Assembly (NCBI GenBank): GCA_031288185.1
Contig: JAITRZ010000014.1
Span: forward strand, 17,091-81,090
Source: Coriobacteriales bacterium
Lineage (GTDB): Bacteria; Actinomycetota; Coriobacteriia; Coriobacteriales; UBA8131
DNA length: 64,000 bases
Direction of reading: 5' to 3'
The notes under the pieces were generated by a model. That model searched no databases and was not told where the DNA came from. It saw only the letters and a list, made by a program, of their open reading frames with translations. How positions within the stretch are numbered: position 1 is the stretch's first letter; each line of letters begins with the position of its first letter. Below are positions 60,003-64,000 of the stretch, in pieces. Both the position numbers and the translations under genes were made by a program.

Positions 60003-61211
60003 CTACTTTCGGGCACTGAGCTGCTTTTTGCCGGCGACAAAGTCTTCATACAGTGGGCTCATCTGGCGCAAATGAGCAACGATTTCCTTCAGGGCTTCTA
60101 CGGTGTAGTCGATATCGGCGCGGCTGGTATCTCTGCCCAGTGTGAGCCTGAGCGAACCGTGGGCGATTTCGTGCGGAAGCCCAATGGCCAACAGTACATG
60201 GCTTGGATCCAGTGATCCGGAAGCGCAGGCTGAGCCGCTGGAGGCCATGATTCCCCTTTGTTCCAGGCTTAGCAACAGCGACTCGCCCTCAATAAACTCA
60301 AAGGAAAAGTTTGCGTTACCCGGCAGGCGCAGGGAGCGGTGACCATTCAGGCGACAGTGTTCAACTTCTGCCAATACCCGCTTGATAAGATGGTCGCGCA
60401 ATACGGTCTCGCGCGTTACGCGCTCATCAAAGTTGGCCATGCAAAGATCCAGGGCCTTGGCCATTCCCATGATGTAGGGCACGTTTTCAGTGCCAGCGCG
60501 GCGTTTACGCTCCTGTGCTCCGCCATCCAGAAAAGAACGAGTACGCAGACCCTTTTTGATATACAGGAAGCCTACCCCCTTGGGAGCGTAGAACTTGTGC
60601 CCGGAGGCGGAGAGCAGGTCAACGTCTAATTTAGTTACATCAATTCGCAAATTTCCGAGGGCCTGTACGGCATCTGCGTGCAGAAGCACTCCATGTCGTC
60701 TGGCAACATCTATGAGTTGTTCAAGTGGCTGAATAGTGCCTATTTCATTGTTGCCGTAGATTATTGAGGCCAGCACGGTATCGGGACGGATAGCCGCTTC
60801 AAACTGCGCTGGGTCAACCATGCCGTACTGATCCACCGGCAGATAGGTTACTTCATAGCCGCGTTTTTTTAGCCAGTCACAGGAATGGGTAGTGGCATGG
60901 TGTTCAACCGAGGTGGTTATCAGATGCCGCCCGTTTTGGCTGTAGGCAAACATTGTTTCCTTGAGCGCCCAGTTGATGGACTCGGTGCCGCAGGAGGTGA
61001 AGTAGAGGTCAGGGGGGTTAGCACCCAGATGGGCAGCGATACGCTCGCGGGCATCAGTAATTGCATTGCGCGCCTGCTGCCCCAACTCATACAGCGCGGA
61101 AGGATTGCCGTAATACCGGCTGAAATAGGGCAGCATCTCCTCTATGACTTCTGGTGCTACCGCAGTGGTTGCGGCGTTATCCAGATAAACGGTCCTTGCG
61201 GGATGGGACAT
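60003..61211 (-). CDS. nifS: Cysteine desulfurase NifS/IscS
   Basis: YLDNAATT, GNPS, HADAVQ, SGHKFYAPKG, SSGSACASG. Confidence 0.95.
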   Translation of the reverse strand: MSHPARTVYLDNAATTAVAPEVIEEMLPYFSRYYGNPSALYELGQQARNAITDARERIAAHLGANPPDLYFTSCGTESINWALKETMFAYSQNGRHLITTSVEHHATTHSCDWLKKRGYEVTYLPVDQYGMVDPAQFEAAIRPDTVLASIIYGNNEIGTIQPLEQLIDVARRHGVLLHADAVQALGNLRIDVTKLDVDLLSASGHKFYAPKGVGFLYIKKGLRTRSFLDGGAQERKRRAGTENVPYIMGMAKALDLCMANFDERVTRETVLRDHLIKRVLAEVEHCRLNGHRSLRLPGNANFSFEFIEGESLLLSLEQRGIMASSGSACASGSLDPSHVLLAIGLPHEIAHGSLRLTLGRDTSRADIDYTVEALKEIVAHLRQMSPLYEDFVAGKKQLSARK

Positions 61212-61370
61212 GGCTACTCCTTGACTAATCCTGTGGTTGCGCGCAGATGCTGCTCTGCAACAGGGCTGTTGCAGAACGTGGGACGAGGCGCTACGCTACG
61301 GGGGGCGGGGACACCTTCTGCGTGCTTGCGCTGCCCAGAAGGGTTGTGGGCCTGCGGGTCGCTTGCTTTC

Positions 61371-61907
61371 CTAGAGGGTGTTGGCCTGTCGGGCCTCCTC
61401 AATCTCATCTAAGGCTTCCTGGGGAGTGGCATCACAATGGCCGTCGCCCCATTTCAGTACTCGGATGTGATCGCCCACCTGTACCTTGCCAGGCTTGCGT
61501 ACCACACCAAAGATACCTTCGCGCGGAAAAATACAATCGCCGGCCAGGTGATAGATGGCGCAGCGGGTATGACAGACCTTGCCAATCTGGCTGATTTCTA
61601 CCTGGGTGTCGCCAACAGACAGCAGGGTACCCACCGGTATGCTATACAACTCAATACCTTCCGTGGTAAAGTTTTCAGCAAAGTCTCCTTCCCCAACATC
61701 GAGGCCGGCTTCCCGCGCCTTTTGAATGGATTCTTCAGCCAGAAAGGAAACCTGACGGTGCCAGTCGCCCGCATGGGCATCGCCAACAATGCCACTATTC
61801 AGATCGATAGAGGCACAGCGCTCCGGCAGGGGAGTCTTGCGCGTACCCTTACGCCTGGAGGTGTTAATTGACGTTATGGTGCCACAAACGGCGGTCTGGC
61901 TGCCCAT
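61371..61907 (-). CDS. MOSC domain protein
   Basis: GIVGDAHAG.WHRQVS, GDFAENFTT, SQIGKVCH..C, CIFPREGIF. Confidence 0.9.
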   Translation of the reverse strand: MGSQTAVCGTITSINTSRRKGTRKTPLPERCASIDLNSGIVGDAHAGDWHRQVSFLAEESIQKAREAGLDVGEGDFAENFTTEGIELYSIPVGTLLSVGDTQVEISQIGKVCHTRCAIYHLAGDCIFPREGIFGVVRKPGKVQVGDHIRVLKWGDGHCDATPQEALDEIEEARQANTL

Positions 61908-62129
61908 TTAATCCATACCTTTCTTGTAGGGATTCACTCTCAGCAGTATAGTTCAACCGCGCCCAGATTTCTAGCGAAACCGGACGATTTTTTACCCACC
62001 TGTTTGTCCGTTACACTATTTCCCTGACATCGGGAAAAACCAGTAACGGTCATTGTCACGTGTGGACAAGTCTTGTACGACGGTGGGTTTTCACACAGTC
62101 TGCCGACCCCCTTTTGTTTTGTTGTGGTG

Positions 62130-62312
62130 ATAATGGCTGGTGATAATGGCGGAAGCCTTGTTCAGGTCATAGCGCTTTGAAGGAACCGCCTCCATCATCT
62201 GTCCGGTAACCAGGGTAGAAGCAGAGCAGACATCATTATGGGTGTACTTCAAGCCAGCCTCCACCGTTTCTCTGTCTACCGGCGAAAGTAGCTCAAGATT
62301 GTAGCAAAGCAA
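62130..62312 (-). pseudogene. Remnant of a 2-hydroxyacyl-CoA dehydratase/activator-family gene
   Basis: YNLELL..VDRETVEAGLKYTHNDVC...VTGQMMEA...RYDLNK resembles the GLKYVNNDACYP segment of that family; no start or remainder of the gene. Confidence 0.65.
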
Positions 62313-62395
62313 AAGCGATGCACTGGCGCTGCCATCCCTGAGTTGGTTACCGGCTCATTAGCGGGTTAGGGTTGGTTAGGGTCTGTACTGCAGCT

Positions 62396-63220
62396 TCATG
62401 GGCGCAGCCGGTAGAGGGCATAAAAGGCCAGTCCCAAGGCCACGCCGCCTACAAGGTTACCAAGGGTTACCGGCACAAGGTTATGCACAATACCCAGCCA
62501 GCTAAGATCGGCGGTCTGGATCGCGTAGAGTTCCTGTGCCCTGGCGGCGTAGTGTGGGTTGGCAGCTGCAGCTAGGCCAGCAACAAGGTAGTACATATTG
62601 GCGATGCAGTGTTCAAAGCCAGAAAGCACAAAGGCCATGATTGGAAAGAATATAGCCACTACCTTTCCTACAATATCGCGGGCCGCGAACGCGCCTAAAA
62701 CAGCCAAACAAACTAATATGTTACAGAGGATGCCGGACGCAAAGGCCGCCTCCAGTGGCAATTGAGACTTGCTCAGGGCCACCTTGATGGTAAAGGCTCC
62801 CAGCGTATCGGCTGAATAGTTAAACTGGGTGGACAAAACAACCAGCACAACCACCAGCACAGAGCCCACAAAGTTACCAAAAAAAACAATGATCAGGTTG
62901 CGCAGCCAGGCACGAGCGCTAATCTGACGGGCCCACAGCGCCTCTACCATCAGACAGTTGCCGGTGAACAGTTCACCCCCCACTACCATGATTAAGATCA
63001 GGCCGGTGGGAAAAACACAGCCGGCTATCAGTCGCGCCAGGCCCACATTGTCCATAGTGTGTATGGCTACCGAGGAAGCCGCAGCCCCCAGGGCGATGAA
63101 GGCACCCGCCAGGATAGCCAGCAAAAATGTCTGCGTGAAGCGCATCGTTGCCTTGCGCACTGATGTCGCGATGTAGAGTTCAGTGATTTCTGTCTGATTG
63201 TTAAAATTGTTAGTAGACAT
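62396..63220 (-). CDS. Formate/nitrite transporter (FNT family)
   Basis: AILAGAFIALG, GGELFTGN, GILCNILVCLAV, GFEHCIANMY, VTLGNLVGG. Confidence 0.93.
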   Translation of the reverse strand: MSTNNFNNQTEITELYIATSVRKATMRFTQTFLLAILAGAFIALGAAASSVAIHTMDNVGLARLIAGCVFPTGLILIMVVGGELFTGNCLMVEALWARQISARAWLRNLIIVFFGNFVGSVLVVVLVVLSTQFNYSADTLGAFTIKVALSKSQLPLEAAFASGILCNILVCLAVLGAFAARDIVGKVVAIFFPIMAFVLSGFEHCIANMYYLVAGLAAAANPHYAARAQELYAIQTADLSWLGIVHNLVPVTLGNLVGGVALGLAFYALYRLRP

Positions 63221-63486
63221 AGCTTTATCTCATAGACGCAAGGGATAGCGGACGCAGCACACATGGCACGGCATACGGCACCGTTGTGCGGCATGGTGTG
63301 TAAACGGTTGCGCCCTTAAGCAAAAGGAGCAACGCAGGACGGATACAGGGTGCGACAGTGCAGACGGAACCACTTGCCTAGCGCGCATAGAGCGAAGACT
63401 GCACCTATGCTGGTTGAGAGCCTTTGCCGCAATATCTGCCTGGCGCGCATAGAGCGAAGGCGTATCAGGCGCGAGTCACAAGCGCG

Positions 63487-63648
63487 TTAATCTTCTGTGG
63501 GCTCGAAGGAGTTTTTAGCCGCGCCACAGCCGGGGCAGATCCAGTCCTGCGGCAAATCCGCAAATGCGGTATCCGGCTCAATGTCACTGTCTATATCCCC
63601 CAGGGCCGGATCATAGATAAAACCGCACACACCACACTCGTAACGCAT
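63487..63648 (-). CDS. Rubredoxin
   Basis: [14 protein letters not shown]...WICPGCGA; AAGGAGG RBS before ATG 63648. Confidence 0.93.
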   Translation of the reverse strand: MRYECGVCGFIYDPALGDIDSDIEPDTAFADLPQDWICPGCGAAKNSFEPTED

Positions 63649-63894
63649 CGTGACCTCCTTGTGTCGTCTTCCTAAAACCAGCACTGGCCAGCCTGCTGTC
63701 CAGTGCTGTCCAGCAGCAGTGCACCAACACGGGCACCTTGTCACAAAACGGTGACCAATCCGTGGCCAGTTTGGGGCCAGCACGCTTCGATTATAGGGCA
63801 TAGGAGCCCATTCCTGGGTTACAATAAAACATTGTGCACAAACAGGCGGGCGAGTAGCGGCCGGCCCTTTATCGATATTCAAAGGAGGAATCGC

Positions 63895-64000
63895 TTGCAA
63901 GACTTTATAGTCATTCGCGGCGCCCGTGAACATAACTTGAAAAACCTGGATATATCCATCCCTCGCAATAAACTGGTTGTTGTTACCGGACTTTCCGGTT
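63895..64000 (+). CDS. uvrA: Excinuclease ABC subunit A, 5' fragment (runs off window)
   Basis: TTG start after AAAGGAGG; translates [35 protein letters not shown]. Confidence 0.93.
   Translation, partial: MQDFIVIRGAREHNLKNLDISIPRNKLVVVTGLSG

Noticed and set aside
63375-63459. 23-bp direct repeat pair with a 39-nt spacer resembling a mini-CRISPR
   Set aside because: Only two copies, no cas genes and no clear CRISPR-like repeat ends.
63780-63890. LexA box upstream of uvrA
   Set aside because: No GAAC-N4-GTTC match found by eye.

Overview
Bacterial chromosomal window, most likely Coriobacteriia (Eggerthellaceae-like). This is inferred from the dopamine-dehydroxylase-like molybdoenzymes, the membrane-embedded LuxR regulator and the DmsBC/TorD modules. 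It holds four DMSO-reductase-family molybdoenzyme loci (partial at 1-1420; 26.7-30.5 kb; 45.6-50.0 kb; 52.1-56.8 kb) and a maturation/electron-transfer block (two TorD chaperones each coupled to an uncharacterised paralogous protein, NapG/H-like proteins, a degenerate UvrD-like protein). It also carries an AT-richer Firmicutes-type methionine islet (LysR, MetE2, MetE) beside tRNA-Val, housekeeping genes (birA, pth, prs, glmU, nifS/nifU, start of uvrA) and three tRNAs. The most striking signal is a complete transcription-attenuating T-box riboswitch with an apparent Tyr (UAC) specifier and a roughly 200-nt expanded stem II. It controls a PLP lyase carrying the tyrosine phenol-lyase specificity residues, which implies the enzyme is induced by tyrosine starvation and may make Tyr from phenol. 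All calls were made by eye from the sequence and ORF track; no database searches were run.
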